Made by a program: the position numbers and the translations under genes
DNA from: the human T2T-CHM13v2.0 reference genome, Homo sapiens
Assembly (NCBI GenBank): GCA_009914755.4
Contig: CP068257.2
Location: 15,136,001-15,200,000 of the forward strand
Direction of reading: 5' to 3'
Length of the DNA stretch: 64,000 nt
Part shown: piece after piece, positions 14,111-28,452 of the stretch
Position numbering within the stretch: the first letter of the stretch is position 1
Layout of the letters: every line of letters starts with the position of its first letter
The notes under the pieces: generated by a model
Databases searched by the model: none
What the model saw: only the letters and a program-made list of their open reading frames with translations
What the model was told of the DNA's origin: nothing

Positions 14111-17100
14111 AAATGATGACCAAGGACACAAGAAAAAAATAATAATTGAACATTGTATTGAATGCAAGGAAGGAGATATCCACAAAGTTATGCTGCAGCA
14201 GAAATAAATGTAAATGTCCTTAAACATATTTTTTAAAGTTTCAACTTCAAAAATAGAAAAAAATTAATTGAAACTACAGTGACAAAATTTTTCGCCTATC
14301 TGATAAAAATTGAAAAGTTTGATAGCACATTCTGTAAGTAAGAATGAAGGAAAAGGGCATTCTGATTGTAAATATAAATGAGTTTATCCTGTGTGGAAGG
14401 CAATTTAATAGTATCTATCAATATATAAAAATATACAACTTTTGTCCCTTAATTAGAAATAGGAATATGACCTATTAAATTTGTTCTTATTTGTACAAAA
14501 GAGTGTCATGTACAGGATTATTCACTGCAATTGTGTTTTTAGTGAGAGAATATTGGAAAAATATCTAAACATGCATCAATAAATGGTCACTTTCTTACAT
14601 TATACGACAAAGATAAAATAAAATGCAATGTAGCCACAACGCAGAATGTGAACATAGCTTTTTGCTCATTTGTTTGTTTGCTGATATGGGCCCATCTACA
14701 AGATAGTGTTGAGGAAAAAAATTAAGCTTCCGTATTTGTATAAGATGTTAAAAAGAATGTGAGCACTTATATGTGTATATGCTTAAAATATCTCTGAAAG
14801 TGGAGTGAGTTTTTTCAATGTACATATTTCCTTTTGTTCCTTTTAAATTTTGAATTATGTGAATATATTCTCTTTAAATCATTTAAATATTTTGGTAAAG
14901 ATAAAAATTTCCAGTAGTATCTATTATGGGATTCTCATTACCATCTCTATAAGCTGTAGGGTTTGAGAGCAAAGTTTTTGAAAAATTTATTATGTCAGAT
15001 TCAACTGAAGTAATATGTATCAGAAGCTACTGGGTTCAAGCCACTGTGCTTTTGAGAAATAAAATTAAAATAAAGACCTTGTACCCAGAAAATGCAGTTT
15101 AATGGATGTATCTATTTTTATAGAAAACATAAATTGTGATAAAATAATTAGTAGGAGAACAAAGACTTAAGTTTTCCTATACCTTTCAAAACTTTTCCAG
15201 AGTAAGCACCAAGTACTGGATTTAAATAATTACTAAAAGTTTCTAGCATCTTATTTGTAAAACTCAATTTATTTTATGTAAATCCCCAAAGGATTGTTTG
15301 GCATATCCTTTGAATATTATTGACATATATGTGATGAACACTACTTATTAAAAGATTATGGAAAAGGTGTTCTAAAAGAATCTGCATTAGACATCTATTT
15401 AATTAAATTTATTGTTAAGATTATCCAAAAAAGTCAGAAATCTGATGTGTTCTTTGGAAATCACATAGACTAGACTCTAAAAAACCATGCTAGCAAAAAA
15501 ATGCACTATGTTAAAATGTCTGGATCTGTCCTGTTTATTTTCTATTATCTGCCATTTCATTTCCTACCTATAATTTTATTAAATGGCTTTGAAACTACAA
15601 TGATGCATGCAAACTGCACATTTTTTGTTATTGCTGTTTAAATATGCACAAGCCTGGAATTGATGGAGAATTTATTATATCCCCCAAAATGAGAGGAAAT
15701 AAAACAGACATGAATATTCAAAACAGAACTACAAGGTTAGAAGTCTGAATGTCATAATATAATAGCAACAATAAGTGATCACACAAGTCATTCATGTTCC
15801 TTTTCTTTTTAGGAGTGGATCCAGAATTTGTGGAATTTAAAGCTTACATAATGGTGAGAGGGGGGAGTAAGGATTAAAAAAAAAATTTACAAATGCAAAT
15901 TTAGTTACAGGGCCTTAGAAAGAGCCCTTACAAGAGAGGATCCTTGAAGATGAAACTTATTTGCTTCACAGAAATTTACTTTGCTTCTCTTAGCAAACAA
16001 ATTTCCTTAAACTTCATTCTCTGGTTTAGTATGAATATTTATTTGGGATGGTGGCAGATGTGCATATCAATAAGTCATAAGTAATCAAAATAAGTTTTCC
16101 ATATCACTATCTAGATGACATTCCCATTTATTAGGTTTTCCTCATTTGAGAAAGAAAAATTAAATCTGCCATATCAGATTCAATAGAACAGACCAAAAAT
16201 TTCCTCTCACAGAACATAGCATCTTGCAATGCAATTTACATACTGTTCTTTTAGCTTACTTGTGGAAAATTCAACAATGATTTTTTTTATTTCTCAAAAG
16301 CTGTCTGCAATTGCAGCTCTGACATTTAATTCTCTCACCATTGAGTATTTATTAGTATGATAGCATGCAGCTCTTTCCCTTCTGCGGGATCCCTCTCTAT
16401 TCAGTCTTGACTGCAGATATATGCAGAATTTCCCTTGAGGTAAGAAAAAGGCAGACATGTCTAAGTTTTCTCCTTTTCATTATGCCAGGGGGAAACCAGT
16501 TTCTGTTAATTCTGGTAACCATGTTATCTAACTCTCAAAACAGGAAAAATGATGGGGAAGAGCGGAGGCAGAAGTTCTGAGAAGCATCCCCTGGTTATTG
16601 TTGCCAGGGCAACTGAAACTTGGCATCCTCCAAATAGTCATCGTCTGTCACACTAGGGGTATAATTCACAGGCATGCAACACTTTTCAGTGGATCTTTAA
16701 AAAAATAGTGGGGGAGGGGTGAGGAATAAATGAGAATTTTAAATAGGCAAGTAGACAAAATGCATGCCTAATATTTAGAGAGATAATAGGCATAAGAGAA
16801 ATACACTTTTGAAAAATGTAAGTGTCACTGTTATATATTACTCTGTTTCTTATTGCACAAATTAGCCACTATGCAATCTCAATAATTGTCTACCCATCTG
16901 GCTTCTTTTACGAGAACCCCTTCTTCCTCCAAATAATAGTCTTCTGTAGTATGACTTCAGACTAAACATATGCAGAGATTTAGATGTCATTTTCTTTTTC
17001 ACAGTCCTTAAGAAAGCCAAGAATATTTTCATACTTTTCATTGTTTACCAGAATGTCTGACGTAGAGGCCAGCCTGGTCTTGCTATAAGAGAAGACAAAG

Positions 17101-17282
17101 TATTTATTACTCCACTATTCATTGAGAAAAACAGCCTTGAGCCTTGAAATGCCCTTGGCTAAATCTAAATTGTACAATTCATTTTTCTTATGTTTGCATT
17201 TCTTAGAGCCAAGGTGTCTGCTTAATCTTTCTAATCACCAACTGGCTTTCTTGACATTATAGAAAATGTATTTTCTACATTT

Positions 17283-17305
17283 AAAAAAAAAAAAAAAAAA
17301 AAAAA
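17283..17305 (+). repeat. poly(A) tract, ~23 nt.
   Basis: ttaaaaaaaaaaaaaaaaaaaaaaagaaga. Confidence 0.9.
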
Positions 17306-20300
17306 GAAGAGGTACCACTCCTCAAATCATATAGCAGAAAGGAAGCCTTAAAAATACCTGTCATCAAAGTCACATAAAACCCTGACAGCTTCAACCTCCT
17401 TTTAGTATTTGCCAGTGTCAGCCTCATAAAAATGTGAAGGAAACCCATATTAATGTATCACGTTTACAAAATGGGCTTAATGGCCAATGCATTTTTGGAA
17501 GTAAATGGAAGAAGGAGAAAGAATATTAACCAAATTGCACTGGATGAGCACGAAAAAATCATAATGGATTAAAGAAGGAATAAAAATCAGAAATGTAACT
17601 TCTGGCAATGACTTTACTAAAAGGTTTCCTTTCCTCTTAGTATTGCTAAAGTCCTCTCATGAAAGCCAAATATATACTTTCATATAACCAAGATAATGAA
17701 ACTAGGCACCAAAGCAAATAAAAAATACTTCCTTAATTACTGGGCTTAACATTTCACATTGGCTCAGCCAAATCACCCTGGCTTTGGTACTATTTTACAT
17801 ACTGTTTTTAATGTAATCACCCACATTTCGTGAACCAATACACCCACTACTTGGAACTCCAAAGAAGGAATAATCACATAATGGTATCCATAATAAAAAT
17901 AATGGCTCATTTTTGCTAAGCATTTATTATAAGCCAGCCACTATCATATATACTTTACAGAGATTACCTCATTTAATGCTCACATTATGAGACTCTGAAT
18001 TAAATTATTCTCATTGTACAGATTAAGGAATTAAGGCACAAAGAAGCTATGTAGGCTCAAGTTTGCATAGCAAGAAGATGGCGGTACCAGGATAGAAGAT
18101 CCGTTTTTTACATTAGTGTCCCTTGCTGTGGCAATTTGGTTGGATGCCCGCTCTCCACTTGGGCCTGTGTTCTCCTCTTACCCAGAGTATTTCTGTGAGT
18201 TTGGGCTGCAACTTTTCTACCTAATCCTTACTTTTTATGTGGCAGATGCTTCTGGTTACCTTCTTTCTGGATCTCTTGTTCTCATCCAGATCCCTTTTTA
18301 TATTTATGTTTGCATTAAACTCTAATATTGTAGCTTGAAGCAACCAAGAGACTCATCTGTGTATCCTAAGTTTTATTTCTTCTCTTGACATTCTCTGATG
18401 GTATCATCGTGCCTAGGTAGATATCTAATCCTGAGCAATATCTTCTACTACTTCCCACCTTGCTTTTTTGGTTTATGTACCTTGGATATGGGACCATTTG
18501 AATTTGCATGTACTATGGTTTGCACCTAGGGAATTGGTACCTAAAAAAAATCTCACTGCCCCCCATCCCACATACAGACTCACAAATGGATACTCTGCCT
18601 CTCAATGATTTTTATCCATGCAGAATAAAATTGTGCAGAATAACCTGACATGTACCATGCTAGTAAACATAAACTTCCTGAGAGAATAAATTCTGAGCAT
18701 CTTGACAGCAAAGACGGAATGTTGCTCATTTTTATACTTGCATCTCAAGTAAATAACTAGTGCTGTTCATTATATACAGATCTCAATAACCAATTAGAAA
18801 TTAAATGAGATCATATGCCGAGAAACTAGCATTATAATTTGCATTAATGAGTATACTAGTCAGGCTATGCTAGGCTGTACTGCACTAACAAGCACACCCA
18901 AATCTCAGCAGCTTTTCAAAACACAAGTTTATTTTTCATTCTCCTTGTCTGTGCCTTGAAGGTTAGCATGCAGACTCTGCTTATCATAGTCATTCATGCT
19001 CCAGGTGATTAAATCTCCATCTCAACACATGTTCTCATGTGGCTGAGACCAAAACAAAACAAAAAAAAGAAATAAAACAAATATCTTGTTTAACTTTCTG
19101 TCCAGAAATGACCGATATTATCTTCATTCACCTATTATTGGGCAAAGTAAAACAATATGGCCATTCCTAACTACTAAAAGGGCAGGTACATGCAATCTTT
19201 CTGTTGACTGGGAAGAAGAAATGAACAAGAATATCTGGGAACAGCCCAAATGACTATGGTAAGGAACATGCCGTTTATGCCTTTTCTCCAGAGTAATTCC
19301 TTATATTAGTGCATATGTGCTCAGTTTATCATCTTAGCCCAGAAATTGTGTGGCAAGCAGTAAGGAGAGAAAAGGCAGTAATAGGGGGGCAGATATCAAG
19401 GATATATCAAGTTCAAGCAGAGTGGCACCGTCATAGAGGAGGAGAGGAGAGAGAGGACCACAAAAAGCAGTCAACCCCAGTCAGTTTTATTCAGGGGGAA
19501 AGAACCTAGACTCTGTGGCAATAATTTTAAGGAAAGTAGGATATTGGTCACACTTCATTGCATAAAATGTGGAAAGATGTTATCAGTGTATCCAGGAAGT
19601 AATGTGCCCTACCCAATACATCCCAGAGAGAAACAAGAATACATTGTCTAATTTCCATTTCCTTTTTGACACATCTGTGAACTTTATGAGGTCAAGTGCC
19701 CTGTTTGTGTCTAACCTAAAACCTCTTGATGTGTGTATGTCAAAAAAGGCCAACAGTGTACCTGCAAAAATAATAATCTTGTGTATGAATTATATGTTCT
19801 GGATGAATCCAAACAAAAAATTTCACTCATAAAACCTCCCAGTAATGAATACAAGCTGTACTGACTTAAACAAAGTGTGGATAGGATGCAGTATGTTCAA
19901 ATTTAACAGTAGGAAAATCACTTAACTGAAGATCACATTCCTACCTAGTGCCATGATTCATTCACACATGGTGTGGAGAGTCACTGGTTCCAAGATGATC
20001 TTCCCGAACAGTGAGCGTATTACAAGAATTACAAAGGGTAGGAGATAGGTCCTTCTTTCCTCTATTAGTACTATCTTTAAAAAGTAATTACAAAGCATTG
20101 CAGATATTCTAGAATGGGGAAAAAAGTAAGTCTATGCTTACTTTTATACAGTCATTCTTAGTTACTTGATTTTTCTATAGAATGAAATCTTTTCTGTTTT
20201 CCTTGTAGCTTCATATATAATTTCTGAGATAGATAATGGGAAATTTAAATACTCTAGTAATTATCTCCACATATCACAACTTCTGCCAAAAGGATTACCA

Positions 20301-23300
20301 CATCCTTTATCCTGCCTTACAGGGTGTATCTCTATTGTGATTACACCTGGACATTCAGGCATAACTGATCATTGTGGGGATTATTAATGAGACAAAACTG
20401 AAAAACATCTATTTGCATGGAGAGTGAGAATCCTCTGAGGAGAGACCTACTCTTGAGGTAACAGGAACTTTGGAATCCTGAGTCTGAGCTAGTTATAAGA
20501 ACTTAGTTGTCAGAAGGGAATAGAGATTCTTAGTACCATACAATGGCTCGTGTATAAGTCTGATGCTGGGATACACACTTGCATGCATATCTATATACCA
20601 GAGAGAGAAGCCTTGAAGTATAGCTTAAGGCTTCCTCACAGTGTAATGTTAAAGTATATTTTTAGGCTTCTCTCTTCCTAGCATAAGGGGCAGGTTTACG
20701 GAACTCTGTCACACACCAGTGCCCAAGAAACTATGCTCAGATCTCACAAAGAAGAGAGGAATTTTCTCTAACTCCTTCATGATCTCCACAGGCTTTGAGA
20801 TCCCATGGGCTCAAGAAACAAATGAAAGAGAACATCTCTGCCCAGCCATAGAAGAAACTACCAGACTCTGAAGTGGAACCACTTATACCAGTGCATCTAC
20901 ACCAAAAGGTGGAATGAGAGTGGCTGCTTTTCTGGCAGCGTGGAGACGAACATTAGAAAGAAGATGCTGGATTTGGGTAGCATGAAGCAGTGACCGTGTG
21001 CCCCACACCCAGTGAGCAGCAAGAACCCCCTCTAGGACTGGTGGAGCTGGAACCATCATTAAAGGATAAACTGCTCATCTCAAACCAGAGGCAATTAAGT
21101 GACAGAGGGTTCTCGATCCGACGACTCTCAGCTTTTGACAGTGGCCATAGCAATAAAAACAGCTATGCCATGCAGAATTGTCTTTGGCATTGTCAGTCAT
21201 GTGTCTACACTTGTACCTACTGCTGAACATTTGACAGACCCTCGGAGACTAACATATATGAGTCTAGAGTCTTTGCAGGAAACTAAAGTACATGTGTTAT
21301 CAGTAGATGATAGTAATGATCTTTCTTATTTACTGAAGCCTGTATATGACCTCATATATATTCATAAATTGCTGAGATTATGAAAGTTCAGATTTCATAG
21401 TGTCACTATTTTCAAGCTTATAAGAAATTTTATATTACATTATGCTTCATATTTGTTAATGGCAGTTCAAGGAGCAATTCGGTGCAATCATAGTTGTTTG
21501 TAGAGAATCCCGGAGGATGGAAAACTTTAAGAAAGGTCATATTTTGAAACTAATCTCAAACATGTTATATGGATCCTTCTCATTTTAAGTCACAAAGAGC
21601 AATCTTTCCTTAAATAATAAATTTTGTGATTTCTGTGATCTGTTTCAGTGATCATTTGTCCTAATAATTTATCTTATTAAATCTTGAGAATCTTTTGAAA
21701 ATATAATTACTTTAATTTTCTAAGAATCTGCCAGATAGTGGTTCTTGAACTTTCTTTGTTCTTTTTCTTTAAGAGTCTGTGTGTGTACTTCACTCTCAGC
21801 AGTAAAATTTCTTTAAAAAAGCTACAAATCCAAATATGGTGGGAAAATAATCTCTGAATTTCTTGTGAAGTGACAGTTTTTGGAAATAAACCCTCCCTAC
21901 AGCATAAAATTATTTCCTCATGATGTTGCGCATACTAGGAGCTCAATAAACATTTGTTGAATGGTGGAATCATATTTTTATGAATGTAGTTTGGGACTAA
22001 ATTTATATATCACCTGATATGCATCACTAAGTGATACATAAATTGCCTTCATGTTCCTCAATTGATAAATTTAGTCCCTAAAACCAAGAAAAGGTATGAA
22101 CGCCACTGTATCCTTAAGGCTTTTAATTCTAATGTGTATTCTTTTATCTGAAAAAGAATTCCTGCTTATACAGAGCTGGAAATTTGCCTCTCTGAAACAT
22201 TACATTATTAGGTTTAGTGAGTTTCTATAAAGCATTACAGAGAAAGCCTGCCACACAACCTATATAAGATAACTTCAAATATTTCAACACAGCCATTGTG
22301 TGCCCTCTTAGGAGTCTCTTTTCAGTGTAACATTGGTTTCTTTTTCAATCATTCTTTCCACACATTTGACCATTTATTTAAGCCATTCTTTCCTCCATTG
22401 TATCTAATTTGTCATGACCTTCTTGAATTATGATTCTCAGAATTGAATACAGAGTTATAAATATAAACTCATCAGCATTCATTGTTCAAACCTTCAATAA
22501 TATTTAATGTACGCCCACTATAATCCAGCTAGTGTAGTGAGCACTAGTGGTTAAACAAGAAAGACATAGTCTTTACTTGCCTTAGGAAGCTTGGAGTCAA
22601 AGATGATGCCAAGATTGTAGTGGAGATAACCATATTAATACTAAATTATAAGTTTAGTAAGATTACAATTACAATAGATGGATCAAATGTTTATCTATGG
22701 GCATCACAATTATATTATGAAAATCAAATATCATGTTTGCATTTTTAACATCACATTAAAATTTTTATTAAAATAAATGTAGCGATCATCTCTGTTTTCA
22801 TATATTTGGCTAATAAAGCCATTCAGAAAATTAGGCACACTTGACATTGATTTTCTCAGAATGAAGAAAAGAAGAAAATACAGAAAAGCAAAAGTCTGAG
22901 TTAAAAAATGATATAAAAGCTCTGGAGTGCTGATAAATTGTAGCTTGCAAAAAGAAAGGATATGCTTAAACAAAGATCCAAAAGTCCAGAAAACATATAC
23001 TTAAAAAACAAAAAAAATTATTTTTCTTTAAAACAATATTTTTACAGTAGACAGAATACTAAAATAAAAATTAGAAGACCGAATATGAATTCAGGTTGTT
23101 TAAAGCAAATCAGTTATTCTCCTTTAGGCTTAATATCTTTATCAGAAATATGGAGTTTAAAATTTTCCTTCTTCCCTACCTATCATAAGTTATAATTTAT
23201 TTGATGGTATTTTGAGAATACTGTGATAAAATAATAATGCTTTGTAAAGAATAAACCACAATGTAAAGATACCTACTTATTTTTACAGAAGAAGGAGCAA

Positions 23301-24049
23301 AATTATGGTTACAGTTAAGATAAAATAACAGTTGTTGGACTTACTCTCTTACCATATAAAGCTGTAAAATGATGCTATCATACACAGATAGTTCAGAGCT
23401 CTGATCCTTTAAAAAGGAAAATATGAGTTCCACATTTGCCTCAGTTTCTTCTCTGGTGACACTCTCCAAACTGAGCCATAGAGAAGTGGAGACAGATACA
23501 AAGCAATAGAATTACTGGGTAGACAAACAGAGATCTGTAGGATTTGGGGCTGCTGAGGTGGCTAAAATTTACGGGACAGAATTTTGGAGAGGAGAGACAT
23601 ATAACATACTGAGAAGGAAGCCCATAAATCTGCATGTGGTCTATCTTGATTCTTTTATGAAATATTAAGCTTCATTTGCACAGGCTGAGACATCATAATG
23701 GTTTCTGAAAGAGATCTGAATGGAAGTTAAATGAAAATTCTAGAGACTCCTTAGGGCTAAGAAGACTGAACCTCCCTAAAAACCATCAACTTCTATTTCA
23801 GACTTCAGAAAGACCAAGTTTTAGGATGAGCAGTATTTTAGACATACTCAAGTCTTGACACCAGCAAGCTGATCTGTGTGTAATCACTTATCAGAACAAT
23901 GAATAATATTCTTTAAAGAAGTTTACAAATTCAGATTTCAGCAATGTAGCATCCACAGTGTTGAGCATACAATCAAAAGTACAATGTTTGTAAATAAATA
24001 GAGAAAAATGTAGAATAAACAGTCAATAGACATAGACACAGAGATGACA

Positions 24050-25300
24050 CATAGAAGACGTGAATATCAGCATTATGACACAAGGTTCTTCATATAGTTA
24101 TGATAAATATACTCAAGAAATTCAAGGACAAACTGGATATAATAAATAAACAGATGAAAAAAGGATGTTCTAAAACTGAAAAATACAATATCTGAAATGA
24201 AAAGGGAATCAGAGATTGGGCACCACTGAAGAAAAGTTCAGGAAACTGAAGACAGACCATAAAACTATCCAAACACAAGCACTAACTGTAAAAGAATGCA
24301 AACCCAAAAAGCATCATTCATGTGTAAAGTACTTTAAAATACTTTAATACTCATCCCATAGATCCAGTAATCTCAAAGAATTAGGATAAACACAGAAAAG
24401 AACATGTGGGGCATGTCACTGTCAAATGGCAACAACCCAAAAATAAAGAGAAAAGTCCTAAAAGCACTTAGATTAAAAAGATACATTATATACAGGAAAA
24501 ATGTAACAAATGGCTTCACTTGCAGAAGGTGATAAAACAACATTTTAAATAGCTGAGATAAAATGTCAATGTAGAATTCAATGCATTGCAAAAATAATCC
24601 TTCAAAAATAAAGAGAAGATAAAAATATTTTTGTTAAACAAAGCTTGACAGAATTTGTCACCCACAGACTTAAAGCTCAATCAATAATAAAGTTCTTTAG
24701 GAGAAATAGGTGCCACTTAGGAATTCGAATGTATTTGAAGAAATAATGAATAGGAATGGTTAACATGTAATTAAATATAAAATATGCTTTTATCCTTCTT
24801 AATTTAAAAAAATGACTTTAACGCAAATAGTAATAACAATGCCTGTTGAGGTTTATAACATATTTAGAAGTAACTAATATGATAAAGTAACACAAAATAG
24901 AAAAGAAGTGATGAGAAATATATTGTCATTAGATTCTTATATTATATAAGAAGTGACAGAATATAGTTTTGAAGTAGATAGTGATAAGGTAAAGATGTAT
25001 ACTATGACCCTTAGAACAACAATTAAAATTAAAATAATAAATAAAGGATATGTATTTAATTAGATAATATATGAGATAAAGTGGATTTCTAAAGCCACAT
25101 GAATAATACAACAGAATGCAATTTATTTAATGAGTCAGTACACCCTTGATACCAAATGGTGGGAAAAAAGAAGAAATAAATAGCAAATGGTATTACTACT
25201 ATAGAAAACAAATAACAGGATTAAAGACTTAAACCCAATGATAATTAATAATTATATTAACGCAAATGCAAATACTATATACTATGTATATACTATATAC
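24050..25300. mobile_element. Very AT-rich, degenerate LINE-like sequence (probably an ancient L1 fragment). Family and strand not resolved.
   Basis: K/E/N-rich pseudo-coding texture typical of old L1 ORF regions. There is only weak similarity to L1M 3' segments (e.g. …ggcaacaacccaaaaat…). No clean alignment is possible by eye. Confidence 0.2.
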
Positions 25301-27365
25301 ATTTCAATTAACAGATCGATAACATGCAACCTGCCAAAAATAGAGAACAAACCCTCAGCCCCCAATATGGCACCATTTCACTAGGAGACTGAACAGACGC
25401 TCAACAGCAATTTGACCACATTAGACCCCTTCACTCTGAAAGGGACGGTGATTAATCTTGACTCAAACTGACATATATTCTGTAGATAGTGTTGCCTTTT
25501 CTGCTTCACAAGACCTCAGCCAGCACCAACATCTAAGAGTTTAGTGTTAGATTTATAAGCACAAAAATTGCATGAAACCAAGGGATTTATTTTATAGCAA
25601 CACGTATGGCAATTAGCACACAACAATGGGATCCACTGGTCCTAATAATGCAGGCACCACCACTCAGAATCTGTCAGACTGACCTTCCAGTAAGGTGGCG
25701 TGCTGAAGTTGCAGCTGAGGTACCAGCTCAGATATGATACTATGTGAGGATGAGTATCATGCTCAAGGATGAAATATATACTCTTAGTTTGCAACTAATA
25801 TATGGTGTTATGTCTTCAACTGAGAGAAATCATGGATCCAGAAACCAAAATGTGAATGTAAAAGTGGTCTTGGTTACTATCATTTTTTTAAATCCATATT
25901 CATGGTGCCTTCAACACTGCACTCTGAAAAGGTCTTTGTAAATCCTAGTTATCCAAATGGTTAACATTTCCAATTAATGACCCAAAAAGAGTCTCAACAG
26001 ATTTTATTCTTTGGCTATTGCCTGTGCACTCTGAACTTCAGCAAAGAAACTAGCAGAAACACAGAAGATTCAATGACCTGAAGTGGGTAATTGTCCCTGA
26101 TTATCACAGAGATAGTGCTGCTGTTACAAAATTGAGGAATAAGTTTGGCACTCAGATGACACACTTGAACATTTTTTCTGCCTCCTTTGCACATTACCTG
26201 TTAGTGGAGTGTAGCAGCCACATCTTAAGAAGGTCATGATGATCAGGTCTTCAGCTATCTGAGATATGAGGTTCTTGGTCTTACCCTAGGTAAACCTCCT
26301 AAATGAGCAGAGTTGCTATCCAATTGTGAATGGACTCTTGAATGGCTAATAGACAGTAGAGATAATGAGTATCCTTTGTGGCCAAGAGAACAGCTTCAGT
26401 GGTAGAGGCTATAGTTCATCCCACTAAAATTCATTTTACAAATTTCCCCTGGGAAATAAGGCCCACCAGAGTCCTGATGGATTTTTTCAAGAAATCCTAT
26501 GAAGTAAGTGGACCCAAGAGGCACAAATAATGAAATATAGTGGATGGAGTCCTGTGCATCCTAGTACTCCAGCACCCTAGCCCTCTAGTTCTGAAAGAAT
26601 TATTCTCCTAACTGCTGGAAGGGGTGTTGGCAGATAGGTTTCATATATGAGCTCTCTCTGCCAATTACTCTCAGCTAAAGAGAGTCATTTCACGTAAGGC
26701 TATATCTTCTCTCAGTACAGTCTGAAACCAACCACTACTTAATACAGAGTCATAACAGTCCAGTTTCTTTGCTTCGATTCAGCATCTTAAAGGGTAATTC
26801 TGGATTTTGATATTCTTATCAGATAAACTGACACATTTGTTGTGACTGCATTTTATCACAACTTCTCCTAACTAAACCCACTACCAACACTTTCATGGTA
26901 GGTAGATAGTTATCCCAAGAGAGAACTCTGCAATAAATTTTCTGAAAGCCAATGTGTCTCAGAATCTAACCTGTAATGCCAACACATGAAAACCACAAAA
27001 TCTTTGCTGAAAATAAATTAAAGAATACCTAAATAAGTTGGAAAATATATTCCTAAAGCACAAGGCACAAAATTGCTAAGATGTCAAATATACCCCAAAG
27101 TGTCCTTTGTATTCAATACAAGCCCATTAAAATTTTATAGTTGTTTTTGTGGAATTTGACAAAGATGTTAAATTGTATATGGAAATAATAAGTATGTAGA
27201 TGATTCTCAAAAGCAATCTTTATGAAGACAAATTTGGAGTATTTACAATACTTGCCTTTAAGACATAGAACAAGGTACATTAAGACAATTTAGACTGCTG
27301 GAAAGAAAAATGAATATATTTAATAAACCCAAAGAGTTTTCTTAGAAATATACCCAAAATGTACA

Positions 27366-27476
27366 ATTAATTAATCTTTTAAAAGAACTCCAAAAAATAA
27401 TATTTTAATTAATCTTTTAAAAGAACACCAAAGAATTAATCTTTTAATTAATTGATCTTTTAAAAGAACACCAAAT
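27366..27476 (+). repeat. Three-copy tandem repeat (~35 bp unit, aattaatcttttaaaagaacaccaaa…) inside the L1M fragment.
   Basis: aattaatcttttaaaagaactccaaaaaataatatttt / aattaatcttttaaaagaacaccaaagaatt / aatcttttaattaattgatcttttaaaagaacaccaaatt. Confidence 0.6.
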
Positions 27477-28088
27477 TACATTTAGTTAGAAATGAAAATC
27501 TTTCCACCAAATGGTGCCAAAATAGGCAAACACAAACATTCATATGGACAAAAGTTGAACACTGACCCCTCCACCAGTACTTTTTCACACAAAAACGTTA
27601 ATTCAAAGTAGGTCCTATATCTAAATGTACACACCAAAATCATAAGGCTTATACAAGAAATCATTAGATAATATCTCCAAGCTCTTTAAGTCTATTAGAT
27701 AGAACAGAAAATCTGTGGACCATGAAAACAACTAATAAATATGATCCCATCAAAAATTTAAGAAGCTCCTTCTCCAAAAACATCTGCTCTTTAAACAGTG
27801 AAAAGGCAAAGCCACAGCCTGCAGAAAATATTCAGAACATTTCTATCTGGCAAAGGACTTGTACCCAGGATATATAAAGACCTCTTACAACTCAGTGAGA
27901 ACAACACAAGAACCAAAATTACTTAGATGGGCATAAGACTTGAATAGAAACCTCACAATGAAGATAAGGAAGATATACGAAGGCAAACAAGCATAAGAAA
28001 AGGTATTATGTGTCATTAATCATCAAAGAAATGCAAATCAAACCACAGTGAAATGTTTGACAACCTGAAATATAGGCTATTTGGAGTG

Positions 28089-28452
28089 CTATGGCTTGAA
28101 TGTTTGTGTCTCCCCAAAATTTGTATTTTGAAACGTAATTATCAATGTGATTGTGTGAGGAGGTAGTGCCTTTAAGAGGTGATTTGGTCATGATGGCAGA
28201 ACCCCCGTGAATGGGATTAATTCCCTGATTAAGAAGACTCCAGGAATCTCCTTTGCCCCTTCCACCATGGGAGGACACAGCTAGATGATGCCGTCTATGA
28301 ACCAGAAAGCAAGCTCTCATCAAACACTGAATCTGCTGAACCCTTGATCTTGGACCTGCCAGCCTCTAGAACTTTGAGAAATAAATTTCTGTTTTTTAAT
28401 AAGCCACCTGATCTAAGGTATTTTGTTATAGCAGCCTAAATTGACTAAGACA
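28089..28452 (+). mobile_element. Solitary MaLR-type LTR (MST/MLT1-like), inserted into the L1M fragment.
   Basis: ctatggcttgaatgtttgtgtctccccaaaatttgtattttgaaa…gaggaggtagtgcctttaagaggtgatttggtcatgatgg…cttccaccatgggaggacacagc…cttggacctgccagcctctagaactttgagaaataaatttctgtttttt…ggtattttgttatagcagcctaaattgactaagaca. This is the canonical architecture of ERVL-MaLR LTRs. ORF 28006-28323(-) is its translation. Confidence 0.7.

Noticed and set aside
17283-17305. poly(A) as the tail of a retroposed SINE or processed pseudogene
   Set aside because: The ~280 bp upstream (17000-17282) shows no Alu, MIR or L1 signature, and I could not find a target-site duplication. I treat it as a simple A-tract, although an old retroposed sequence is not excluded.
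24050-25300. Calling this AT-rich block a specific L1 subfamily in a specific orientation
   Set aside because: Similarity to the L1 consensus is too patchy by eye. I report it only as a low-confidence degenerate LINE-like region.
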